A stretch of 64,000 nucleotides of DNA from Flavobacteriales bacterium. Lineage in GTDB: Bacteria; Bacteroidota; Bacteroidia; NS11-12g; UBA9320. Shown piece after piece: positions 9,098-18,223 of this stretch; the first letter of the stretch is position 1; every line of letters begins with the position of its first letter. The position numbers and the translations under genes are program-made. The notes below the pieces were generated by a model. It searched no databases. It was not told the DNA's origin and saw only the letters and a program-made list of their open reading frames with translations. The DNA lies in NCBI GenBank assembly GCA_020635435.1, contig JACJZU010000001.1, positions 361,450 to 425,449 of the forward strand, read 5' to 3'.

Positions 9098-10660
9098 TTA
9101 GCTACCTACAAGGGTCTCTTCGAGTTCTTCCAGCGACTTACCCTTGGTCTCGGGTACAACGCGGATAATAAAGATCAACCCGATCGCTGCGAACAATGCA
9201 TATAGGGCAAATGTCCCGGCATTACCGAGTACCTGCAACTCATATGGGAACACCCATTGAACCACGAAACTCACCGCCGAGTTGATCAGCCCCACGAAGG
9301 AAATAGCAACCCCACGGATCGCATTCGGGAATAACTCCGAGAACAACACCCACATAACCGGACCGATCGATATGGCAAAACAGGCCACAAAACCCAGTAT
9401 ACCACTGAGGATCAGGATCGGGTTGGTGGAAATGGCAGCTGCTATGATCTCGGAAGAATGGGTAGACAACTCTTCGGCAGATAAAACCTTGGAGAGTGCC
9501 TCGTTGAATTGCAGGTCGCTTTCGAAAGTGCGATCTGCGATCGAGGCCAGTCGTTCCACCGGAACGGTGCCGGAGAGTGCCTCAAGAGATTCACTGCTGA
9601 GCGTGTAACTCGATGAATGGAAACCGTATGCGAGCAGAAATAGGCTCAGTGCCATACCGCCCACTCCAAATACGAGCAATGGCTTGCGCCCCAAACGATC
9701 GATGAATAATAAAGCAAGTATGGTAAATACCAGGTTCGTCAAGCCTACCATGATAGCCTGAATGAAAGAAGCATCCGTCCCAATTCCGGACTGTTCAAAG
9801 ATCATTGGAGCATAAAAGAACACAGAATTGATACCTGTGATCTGTTGGAGGATGGCAACCACAATACCAATGGATAATACCAAACGCATACGCTTCGTGA
9901 ATAGGTCGCGCACCCCGTGAGAAACTTCCTCAACCTTGGTTTCCATGCTCTCGCGGATCTCGTTTACGGCACGGTTCGCTTCGTTTATAGACGATAAGCG
10001 GGCAAGCACTTGTTTGGCTTCATCGAAACGCCCTTTTAGAATGAGCCACCTCGGACTGCGCGGAACGAAGAACAAACCGGCGTAATAGAGAACAGCGGGA
10101 ATGGTCTCTAAACCAAGCATCCAACGCCAGTTGTATTCGTTGAATTTCAGTTTCAACGCCCAGGGGGCATCACTTTTACCCAACTGCAGGATCAAATAGT
10201 TCGTAAAAAAGGCCAGTGAAATACCGATCACAATATTGAGTTGGTTGAAAGAAACCAGGCGACCCCGCATAGCAGGTGGTGCCAGCTCGGCAATGTACAT
10301 AGGCGCCAGTATCAGTGAAGCCCCTACCCCGAAGCCCCCGATCATTCGGGCAATTACCAAGGCAAGAAAAGTTGGAGCGAGTGCGGACGTGATCGCAGAA
10401 ACGGCATATAGGATCGCCGCATAGCGCAATACAGTACGCCTGCCAAACCGATCACTGATCGGACCGGCCACCATCATGGCCAAAGTGGAGGTGAGCGTGA
10501 GTGACGCCACCGACCAACCCAATTCAAGTTTCGTGAGTCCGAACTCGGGCTCGATGAATTTCACTACACCCGATATAACGGATGCATCAAATCCCATCAA
10601 TAAGCCCCCAAGTGCAACGATGAGAGCGATCAACATGACCACCGGATTACTGTTTTTCAT
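9098..10660 (-). CDS. MFS sugar porter
   Basis: GGLLMGFDASVISG, DRFGRR, PMYIAELAP, PRSPRWL, QQITGIN, DRLGRKPL, PETKGKSLEE. Confidence 0.95.
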   Translation of the reverse strand: MKNSNPVVMLIALIVALGGLLMGFDASVISGVVKFIEPEFGLTKLELGWSVASLTLTSTLAMMVAGPISDRFGRRTVLRYAAILYAVSAITSALAPTFLALVIARMIGGFGVGASLILAPMYIAELAPPAMRGRLVSFNQLNIVIGISLAFFTNYLILQLGKSDAPWALKLKFNEYNWRWMLGLETIPAVLYYAGLFFVPRSPRWLILKGRFDEAKQVLARLSSINEANRAVNEIRESMETKVEEVSHGVRDLFTKRMRLVLSIGIVVAILQQITGINSVFFYAPMIFEQSGIGTDASFIQAIMVGLTNLVFTILALLFIDRLGRKPLLVFGVGGMALSLFLLAYGFHSSSYTLSSESLEALSGTVPVERLASIADRTFESDLQFNEALSKVLSAEELSTHSSEIIAAAISTNPILILSGILGFVACFAISIGPVMWVLFSELFPNAIRGVAISFVGLINSAVSFVVQWVFPYELQVLGNAGTFALYALFAAIGLIFIIRVVPETKGKSLEELEETLVGS

Positions 10661-10776
10661 ATTATTCCATTCCTAATCAAAGGTGAAGAAATTTCTCCTC
10701 CCCGTCACAACTCGACCAATTCACTGAAAATCAACAACTTCACACAAATTGTTTTGTCGAATTAACTCTTTTTTTC

Positions 10777-10797
10777 TTAAAGTAAAAAGTACTATAA
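10777..10797. promoter_or_regulatory. 21-bp palindromic operator, copy 2 (TTAAAGTAAAAAGTACTATAA)
   Basis: AGTA-N5-TACT core in the divergent MFS/regulator intergenic region, just upstream of a TATGTTTG -7 element at 10809-10816. Confidence 0.78.
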
Positions 10798-10808
10798 CCA
10801 AATTTGGA

Positions 10809-10816
10809 TATGTTTG
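10809..10816 (+). promoter_or_regulatory. Bacteroidota -7 promoter element TATGTTTG for the rightward operon
   Basis: Exact TAnnTTTG match 9 nt before the ATG at 10826. Confidence 0.6.
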
Positions 10817-10825
10817 TGTAGCTCT

Positions 10826-11563
10826 ATGATCAACAATAAGTTCGGTTCTGTAGATCATTTCCTATCTGAAAACAACCTCCCTTTCGAGGATTTTTTCAGA
10901 TTCGGATTGTCGGTGGACTGCGTGATCTTTGGTTATCACCATGGTACGCTCAAGGTACTGCTCATTCAACGCGGGGCTGATCCGTTCAAATACCAATGGG
11001 CCATCCCCGGAGATCTGGTGAGCCCTGAAGAAGATCTCGATTCCTCTGCCGAACGTATTCTCCAACATCTAACCGGGTTGAAGGATATATATGTAGAGCA
11101 ATTTCACACCTTCGGACAACGGGATCGACACCCGGCCGGTCGAGTTGTAACAGTTGGTTATTTTGCTTTGGTGGAAAGTGAGAAATACCAACCGGTTGCC
11201 TCCCATTGGGCATCCGACATCGGTTGGTTCGATATTCGGAACATTCCGCCCCTGGCTTTTGACCACGACGATATTCTCGCCAAGGGAATCGAATTCCTGC
11301 GTAAAAAAGTCCGAACCGAACCGGTTGTGTTCAATTTGCTTCCGCCCAAATTCACCTTACTGGATATTCAGGGTCTGTACGAAGCACTATTGCTCGAAAA
11401 ATTCGACAAACCAAACTTCCGGAAGAAGATATTGAGCACCGGTGTACTTGTTCCCCTCGATGAGGTTCAAACCAATGTAGCCCACCGGCCCGCCAAACTC
11501 TTTCGCTTTGATCAGGAACGCTATGATACACTTAAAGGAAACACGATCAATTTTGAACTGTAA
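10826..11563 (+). CDS. NUDIX-wHTH transcriptional regulator (NrtR/AraR/XylR-like)
   Basis: SVDCVIFG..LKVLLIQR..WAIPG, degenerate NUDIX box, LAFDHDDIL, LLPPKFTL, NFRKKIL, HRPAKLFRF. ATG at 10826 preferred (ORF track starts at 10814). Confidence 0.92.
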   Translation: MINNKFGSVDHFLSENNLPFEDFFRFGLSVDCVIFGYHHGTLKVLLIQRGADPFKYQWAIPGDLVSPEEDLDSSAERILQHLTGLKDIYVEQFHTFGQRDRHPAGRVVTVGYFALVESEKYQPVASHWASDIGWFDIRNIPPLAFDHDDILAKGIEFLRKKVRTEPVVFNLLPPKFTLLDIQGLYEALLLEKFDKPNFRKKILSTGVLVPLDEVQTNVAHRPAKLFRFDQERYDTLKGNTINFEL

Positions 11564-12881
11564 CAGATACATAGGCAGCCTCATCATTGCTGTACTCAGC
11601 TTTTGCGCTTCGGCTCAACCTATAAAAGTGGAAGTCGTTCAGACCAATTCGGGGTATCAACTTCTTCGTGACGGGAAGCCCTATTATATTTTGGGAGCCG
11701 GAGGACAGGTGCATCTGGATGAACTCATCGAATGTGGTGGAAATTCCATCCGCACATGGAGTCTTGAAAACGCTCAGAAGTACCTGGATGAAGCACATAA
11801 ATACGGGCTAACCGTGACCATGGGACTCTGGGTTCAGCACGAAAGGCATGGATTCAATTACGACGATGAGATCGCCGTTAAGAAACAACTCGATTATTTC
11901 ACCCGTAAAGTAAAGGAATTCAAAGATCACCCGGCCTTACTCATGTGGGGGATCGGCAATGAGGTCGATCTGTTCTACAGCAATACCAAGGTTTGGAAAG
12001 CCATCCAGGACATAGCCAAAATGATCCACGAAGTTGACCCCAATCACCCGACCTGCACGGTGACTGCCGGTTTGGACCCCAAAGAGGTCGCTTTGGTGAT
12101 GCGCGATGCGCCGGATATTGATATCTATGGGATAAACACCTACGGTGAATTGAAACTCGCCGTAGACAGCATCGATCATTTCGGCTGGAAAGGGCCTTAC
12201 CTGATCGCCGAATGGGGTCCAGATGGTCACTGGGAGGTTCCCCTCACCAAATGGGGTGCTCCCATCGAGCAAAGTAGCAGTTCGAAAGCAAAGAGCTATG
12301 CCAAAAGATACCAATTGATACGCGCAGAGCCGAATTGTATCGGCTCCTACGTATTTCTTTGGGGGCACAAGCAGGAAACAACGGCAACCTGGTACGGCCT
12401 GTTCACGGCCGATGGCAGCAGTACCGCTCCGGTCGACGAATTGTACAAGGCCTGGAGGAATACAGCCCCGCCGAATTCATCCCCGGCCATCGAGAATTTC
12501 GGCATTCAACGGAACGGTCAACCCGTTCCCGATAACATCCTCACCTCCGGCGCCCGATTCTCCGCCTTTGCCAATTTTACCGATCCCGACAACGATGCGT
12601 TGAAATACTCCTGGGAGATCATCTCCGAAAGTACCGATACCAAGGCCGGTGGCGATGCAGAGAGCGCCCCTCCCGCCATTCCGGGGCTTATTAAGAAAAG
12701 GACTAAAGGGGCCATCGAATTCAAGGCACCTAAAAAAGAAGGAGCATACCGACTCTTCATATCCGCGAGCGACGGAAAAGGGAAAGTCGGTTACACCAAT
12801 ATACCTTTCTATGTGAGTCCCGACCTCAACAAACGCCAGGGAGTTAAACTAAAAGAACGTCAACTGGACTTCAGCTACTGA
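11508..12881 (+). CDS. Clan GH-A TIM-barrel glycoside hydrolase (GH2_C-like, possibly GH158 beta-1,3-glucanase) with C-terminal Ig-like domain
   Basis: GGNSIRTW, HPALLMWGIGNE (acid/base), GINTYG, YLIAEWG (nucleophile), YVFLWG; signal peptide ending ASA|Q. True start uncertain, possibly TTG at 11553. Confidence 0.72.
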   Translation: MIRNAMIHLKETRSILNCNRYIGSLIIAVLSFCASAQPIKVEVVQTNSGYQLLRDGKPYYILGAGGQVHLDELIECGGNSIRTWSLENAQKYLDEAHKYGLTVTMGLWVQHERHGFNYDDEIAVKKQLDYFTRKVKEFKDHPALLMWGIGNEVDLFYSNTKVWKAIQDIAKMIHEVDPNHPTCTVTAGLDPKEVALVMRDAPDIDIYGINTYGELKLAVDSIDHFGWKGPYLIAEWGPDGHWEVPLTKWGAPIEQSSSSKAKSYAKRYQLIRAEPNCIGSYVFLWGHKQETTATWYGLFTADGSSTAPVDELYKAWRNTAPPNSSPAIENFGIQRNGQPVPDNILTSGARFSAFANFTDPDNDALKYSWEIISESTDTKAGGDAESAPPAIPGLIKKRTKGAIEFKAPKKEGAYRLFISASDGKGKVGYTNIPFYVSPDLNKRQGVKLKERQLDFSY

Positions 12882-12883
12882 TC

Positions 12884-14521
12884 GTGTTCAACAAACTCCA
12901 CATAATCGATTTGAGCGTACTTGGACTGTACTTCCTCGCTGTGTTCGGAGTAGCCCTTTTCTTTTTCCTTCAGCGCAAGGATCGAAAGGAGGATAATGCC
13001 ACAGATGATTACTTCCTGGGTGGACGAGACCTGAGTTGGTGGGTCATTGGTGCATCCCTGTTTGCATCGAATATCGGATCCGAACATCTCATTGGTTTGG
13101 CAGGTGCCGGTGCGTCCGGAAATTTCGCCGCCGGTCAGATCGAAATTCTCGCCGCGTTCATGTTGTTACTGCTCGGCTGGTTCTTCGTTCCATTCTATCT
13201 GAAAAGCGGCGTTTACACGATGCCCGAATTCCTCGAACGCCGTTACGATCCATGGGCCAGAAATTACCTGAGCTGGGTATCCATAGCAGCATACGTACTC
13301 ACCAAAATTTCAGTGACCATAGCCGCCGGTGCCATTGTATTCAAAACCTTGCTGGGGATCGATTTTTGGTCCGGAGCACTCCTCATCGTTGCCCTGACAG
13401 GTCTCTACACAGTATTGGGTGGTTTGAAAGTGGTAGTCTACACAGACTTTGTCCAAATGCTCATCCTTGTTGTCGGATCTATCGCATTAACGTACTTCAG
13501 TTTGCACAAACTCGGTGGATGGGGTGAATTGGTTGCCCGAACTAAACCGAGCGACCTGAGCCTCTGGCGTGGCGCCTCGCACGCAGACTTTCCATGGACG
13601 GGCATAATTCTCGGGGCCCCGATCCTCGGCGTTTGGTATTGGTGTACCGATCAGTTCATCGTTCAGCGAGTTCTGGCAGGGAAGGATCTCAACCACGCCC
13701 GTGTCGGAACTATCTTCGGCGGTTTTTTAAAGCTATTACCTCTCTTCCTTTTCGTTCTTCCCGGAGTAATTGCTCTTGCTCTTTCTCAAGGCGACTCGGC
13801 ATCGATGCAATTCCCGAACAAAGCGGACGGATCTCCCAATTACGATGCCGCATTACCCCTGCTCACCATGTCGGTTCTGCCTATCGGATTCAAGGGACTC
13901 GTAATTGCAGGCCTGCTCGCAGCGCTTATGAGTTCTTTGTCGTCCGTGTTCAACTCGTGCAGTACACTGTTCACCATGGACATTTACAACAAGTGGGTTC
14001 CCGATGCATCTCAACGGCACTTGGTTCGGGTTGGTCAGGTTGCAACTGTAATTCTCGTGCTTCTGGGCGTTGCCTGGATCCCCTTCATGCAATTCATTAA
14101 AGGAGGTCTTTTCCAAAAATTGCAGAGTGTTCAGGCTTATATATCTCCCCCTATCGCCGCGGCATTTTTATTCGGGATATTGAGTAAGCGGGTAACTTCC
14201 AAAGCAGTTAAGATCGCCTTACTCACCGGAGCCTTTTTAGGAGTGGCGCGGCTCACCTTGGAAGTTGCGCAGATCGAACTTTCCGGGCCGCTATACGCCT
14301 TTGCTTCGATCAATTTCCTGCATTTTGCATTTCTGCTTTTTGTGTTCTGCAGCTTGATCCTCTTCTCATTTTCCAGAACCTCCGAAGAGAAACCACACCA
14401 TGAAATTGCCGATATTACCTGGAAGAAACGCAGACTTGCGTCGATTCCCCTAAATGGGAATACGATCTTATCTGCACTGTTATTTCTAGCCGTTCTAACA
14501 CTTTGGATAGCCTTTAAATGA
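12884..14521 (+). CDS. Sodium:solute symporter (SGLT-like sugar transporter)
   Basis: YFLGGR, SLFASNIGSEHLIGLAG, TMPEFLERRY, YWCTDQFIVQR, SSLSSVFNS; many TM helices; GTG start. Confidence 0.95.
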   Translation: MFNKLHIIDLSVLGLYFLAVFGVALFFFLQRKDRKEDNATDDYFLGGRDLSWWVIGASLFASNIGSEHLIGLAGAGASGNFAAGQIEILAAFMLLLLGWFFVPFYLKSGVYTMPEFLERRYDPWARNYLSWVSIAAYVLTKISVTIAAGAIVFKTLLGIDFWSGALLIVALTGLYTVLGGLKVVVYTDFVQMLILVVGSIALTYFSLHKLGGWGELVARTKPSDLSLWRGASHADFPWTGIILGAPILGVWYWCTDQFIVQRVLAGKDLNHARVGTIFGGFLKLLPLFLFVLPGVIALALSQGDSASMQFPNKADGSPNYDAALPLLTMSVLPIGFKGLVIAGLLAALMSSLSSVFNSCSTLFTMDIYNKWVPDASQRHLVRVGQVATVILVLLGVAWIPFMQFIKGGLFQKLQSVQAYISPPIAAAFLFGILSKRVTSKAVKIALLTGAFLGVARLTLEVAQIELSGPLYAFASINFLHFAFLLFVFCSLILFSFSRTSEEKPHHEIADITWKKRRLASIPLNGNTILSALLFLAVLTLWIAFK

Positions 14522-16491
14522 AAAGAACCGTACTATTTATAATCTGCATCTGCTGCCTCCTTTTATCCGCTTGGGCGCAACAGAAACCGTTCCCTCCGAC
14601 GGTCACCCCGATGCCCCAGTCCGAAGGTCAGGATTCGATCAATTACCCGGATCTTGGCTTATTCCCGAAAAAACCGGATCCGGTGCTCTATACTTTCAAA
14701 GTTGGAGGTACATACCGGTTCTTTGGAACCTATACCGTTCAAAAAGATCCATTCCTGATCAGCGAGGCCGGCAACGATACGGTGCTTCAGAAAAATGTGT
14801 TCATTGGCGACGATAGCCAGCTGCCAAACCTCACACTCAATTTCTCAGGTCGGCCCTCCGAACGAACATCCTGGGGATTCGATCTGTATGCATTTCAATT
14901 CCTCGACGGGCAGATCGGCCAAACCTATGGTAACGGCCAGGTTAAGCCGGCAAACCGTCCCAGCATTTATTCCCCGTTATCGGGAACCCGTATGGCCACT
15001 AATTTAGGACTCTTACTCGGGATCAATCTTTACGGGAATTTCCAAACAGATTTTGCATCAATAAGCGTGAAAACAGGAGGGATCCACTGGGTTTCCATTA
15101 GCGACCTTACCCTTCGGGCATTTACAGGCTATAACCGCTTCACTTTATTTGAACGAAATCCCTGGGATCCCGTTGTTAAAGATGTGGAATCCCGCTACAG
15201 CACATTTCAACAAGCCGGGGTGATCAATCAGGATATGCGCTGGGGCGAGCGGGCCTTTACCGGAACCATCGTGGAAATGTCGCAACTACCGGGCGATCTT
15301 ACACTAAAGGCCCTCTACGGTAAAACTGAATTGAACGGAGGTTTCCTTACCATACCTAATCTCTCGTTTGGAGGACAGCTCAAAAAAACGGTTCGATCCG
15401 GATTTGTGGCTATGAATACCTTCAACAACCAAACGTATACCGATAGTTTGAATACTGCCGGCATTGGGTTCAACATCGCCACGATCGAAGTGAGTCAACC
15501 CCTGGCCAAAGGCATCGAACTGCATTCGGAGATCGGAATGGGTCGGTACTTCAGTCCGGAGTTTGAAAACAATTGGGGAGAAGCCCTGAACCTGAAGCTG
15601 CATTTTACGGATGAGATCTCAAAGATCCCGGTGGAGCTGCACTATTTCAGAGTGAGTCCTCGCGTTCTGAACAACAACGCCCTATTCTGGAACACAGCCA
15701 TTGTAGAAACACGGAACAATACGATCCCGGCCGGCGTGGTTGGCAGCAGCGCACTGCTCTTCCCTTTTGCGAGCTCTTTAACCGCCATCGGGCAATTCAC
15801 CAATAACCGACACGGACTCAACATCAACGCCGAGATCGGTAAGAAGAACGCAAAACTTTCCATCGCAAACGGCATCTCCGAGGAACTGGAGGCACTGAGC
15901 GACCAGATCAGCTTCGGACACCCGGTCAACCAGCTCACCCGATCGCGATTCTGGAGATGGAATTTCCCAACCGGAGTTGGACCTTACAACCGTTACAACG
16001 TGATTTTCCGCGACATCTACGAGATCGCCCGCATATCCGGCGGCCCGGTCGCCAAACGCTTTAATGTGATGGAAATTCAAGGGAAGTATAAGTCCCTGAT
16101 CGACCTTAAGAACTTTTACGCATTCCTCCTGTGCAGGTACTCCTCTGTACAGGATTTCCTCTCACCTATCACCGTTTTCTCCGAAAGAGCCTACCTGCGC
16201 CACTACAGCAGCGAGCTCGAGACCTATTACGCATTACACAAGAACCTCGTGTTGGCAACTTATACCGGATACGAACGCATACTCGCCAATTACGATACCG
16301 ATATCGACGATCTGAGTAACCGCCCCAGAAATCAGGAGGGTTGGGGTTTCGGACTCGGACTGGATTACGACTTCGCAAAGAACACAGCGCTTTACCTCCG
16401 ACATCGATGGTTCTCTTTTGAAGACCGAAATTTCATCAAGGACCGTGCAAGCGGTACCGAAACCATTGTAGAGATCAAATTAGCATTTTAA
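14518..16491 (+). CDS. Hypothetical outer-membrane beta-barrel protein A (657 aa, no TonB plug)
   Basis: Signal peptide ending AWA|Q, amphipathic strands throughout, C-terminal ETIVEIKLAF; no plug or carboxypeptidase-like domain recognisable. Confidence 0.65.
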   Translation: MKRTVLFIICICCLLLSAWAQQKPFPPTVTPMPQSEGQDSINYPDLGLFPKKPDPVLYTFKVGGTYRFFGTYTVQKDPFLISEAGNDTVLQKNVFIGDDSQLPNLTLNFSGRPSERTSWGFDLYAFQFLDGQIGQTYGNGQVKPANRPSIYSPLSGTRMATNLGLLLGINLYGNFQTDFASISVKTGGIHWVSISDLTLRAFTGYNRFTLFERNPWDPVVKDVESRYSTFQQAGVINQDMRWGERAFTGTIVEMSQLPGDLTLKALYGKTELNGGFLTIPNLSFGGQLKKTVRSGFVAMNTFNNQTYTDSLNTAGIGFNIATIEVSQPLAKGIELHSEIGMGRYFSPEFENNWGEALNLKLHFTDEISKIPVELHYFRVSPRVLNNNALFWNTAIVETRNNTIPAGVVGSSALLFPFASSLTAIGQFTNNRHGLNINAEIGKKNAKLSIANGISEELEALSDQISFGHPVNQLTRSRFWRWNFPTGVGPYNRYNVIFRDIYEIARISGGPVAKRFNVMEIQGKYKSLIDLKNFYAFLLCRYSSVQDFLSPITVFSERAYLRHYSSELETYYALHKNLVLATYTGYERILANYDTDIDDLSNRPRNQEGWGFGLGLDYDFAKNTALYLRHRWFSFEDRNFIKDRASGTETIVEIKLAF

Positions 16492-16495
16492 CCCC

Positions 16496-18211
16496 ATGAG
16501 AAACAGAATAGTACAAATAAGCCTTTCCGCATTGCTGCTCCTTGGATCCGCTGCCCTTGAAGTGGTGAAGGCGCAAAAAGTTTGGGCATCAGGTGCAGCT
16601 CGGAGCATATTCCAACAGAATAATCTGGATGTTGAAAACGACACTGTATCCCCACGAAAACTAAATAGTGGGCATGCCCTGGTGGATCTGGCGATCAACG
16701 CCCGCCCGAACGACCAAACCTTCCTGCATGCCATGGTCCGTATCCGAAATGATTTCGGAGGCTTCTGGGGATCGGGAGTGACCTTCGACATGAGGCAGTT
16801 ATACCTCAAAGGCCTGATCAAGAACGCTGTCCGCTATCAATTGGGTGATATCGATTACAAATTGAGCAAGTATACCTTCTTCAACAATCAGGAAGAACTT
16901 AGTGCGCAAAGAGCAGAAGCGCTGGAGATCTACAGGGAGATCACACACTACGATCTTTTCTATACGGCCAATAACACCTGGAGGCAGCAAGGCGCTGCTG
17001 TGGATTTCAGCCTGCTTTTCCCCGCAGCATTCGAAGAACTGCAAATGAACCTGTTTGCCTTCCGGAACCGACCTACCGACTTCGGTCAACAAAATGAGCG
17101 CATCTATTTCGGTGGTAACGGCACGCTTATCCAAAGCAGATCCCTGCAATTGGGCGCTAATTTCGTCGACATGATGGATCTGACCGGCACATCGAGAAAC
17201 CCGCAAAGCTTTCATAATCCGGTACTCAGCGGTACAACACAGATCGATCACGAGTGGTCCGATCACAGCATTCAGTTCAATTCGGAATCCGGAATTTCTG
17301 AAATGTATACCCTCAACGACCCGAATTCTCAAACGCTGAGAGACTATTTTATCGATGCTGAGCTGCGTTATGCCTGGAAAAAGAATAGTAAGTTCACAGT
17401 GAACTATATCAACGTAGGTCCCGATTTCAGAAGCGTTGGCGCTCAGAATAAACGCGTGAACTTCGAGGCCCAGAACCTCCTCTATACCCGGATCGGCAAC
17501 GAACAGCAGGTCAGACCCCTAACCCAGTTGGATCTGATGCAGGATGCATCTCTTTATCGAATGAACCTCAATACAAGTCTTCAGGTGTACGCACCTCAAT
17601 ACGACAACATCACACCTTTCGGGGCCGCTACTCCGAATCGCAAGGGACTCACCCTCAACGCGGCTCACGAAACAACCAATAAACTTCTCAACGCAAAAGC
17701 CCAATACCGGATGTTGAGCGAAGTGATCGGACAGGGAACTGAAGAACTGCGCAGCTTTACTTCCCTCATTCTATCCGTTTCCTTCAAATTAGACACTTTG
17801 CTACCTGCTTTTAACAAACCTCTGGAGATCAGTTTCGGTTATACAGATCAAAACACCTCAAGATCCAATGCCATTCCGGAGGCAACGATCGATCTGGGAT
17901 CATCGATCCTAGATCTGGGTTTGAAGATCGGTTTATTAGAGGAAATGGAACTGGTGGCCAACTTCCGAAGTATGAATGCGAGTGGAAACGAGATCATATC
18001 GGTGTGGGATAACTACAGTGAACTGGTCGATTACCAGATATTCAATACTGAAATGAAACAACAACTGCTGATCATAGCCTTGCGTTACCATTTCGACGAA
18101 CGAAATACCCTCAATGCTGTATGGCAAAATCTGAATTATTCCGACAGCACACAGCAGGCACCTGATTTCAACATCAAACAGTTCGGGATCGTTTACAGCA
18201 TGTTCTTTTAA
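16496..18211 (+). CDS. Hypothetical outer-membrane beta-barrel protein B (571 aa), apparent paralogue of A
   Basis: Signal peptide ending VKA|Q, amphipathic strands, C-terminal QFGIVYSMFF; collinear motif blocks shared with 14518-16491. Confidence 0.65.
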   Translation: MRNRIVQISLSALLLLGSAALEVVKAQKVWASGAARSIFQQNNLDVENDTVSPRKLNSGHALVDLAINARPNDQTFLHAMVRIRNDFGGFWGSGVTFDMRQLYLKGLIKNAVRYQLGDIDYKLSKYTFFNNQEELSAQRAEALEIYREITHYDLFYTANNTWRQQGAAVDFSLLFPAAFEELQMNLFAFRNRPTDFGQQNERIYFGGNGTLIQSRSLQLGANFVDMMDLTGTSRNPQSFHNPVLSGTTQIDHEWSDHSIQFNSESGISEMYTLNDPNSQTLRDYFIDAELRYAWKKNSKFTVNYINVGPDFRSVGAQNKRVNFEAQNLLYTRIGNEQQVRPLTQLDLMQDASLYRMNLNTSLQVYAPQYDNITPFGAATPNRKGLTLNAAHETTNKLLNAKAQYRMLSEVIGQGTEELRSFTSLILSVSFKLDTLLPAFNKPLEISFGYTDQNTSRSNAIPEATIDLGSSILDLGLKIGLLEEMELVANFRSMNASGNEIISVWDNYSELVDYQIFNTEMKQQLLIIALRYHFDERNTLNAVWQNLNYSDSTQQAPDFNIKQFGIVYSMFF

Positions 18212-18223
18212 TTTCTGCAAGCC

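Noticed and set aside
10721-10740. CTGAAAATCA motif also seen inverted near 26127-26136, IHF-like
   Set aside because: Short AT-rich word with an imperfect IHF consensus; not enough support.
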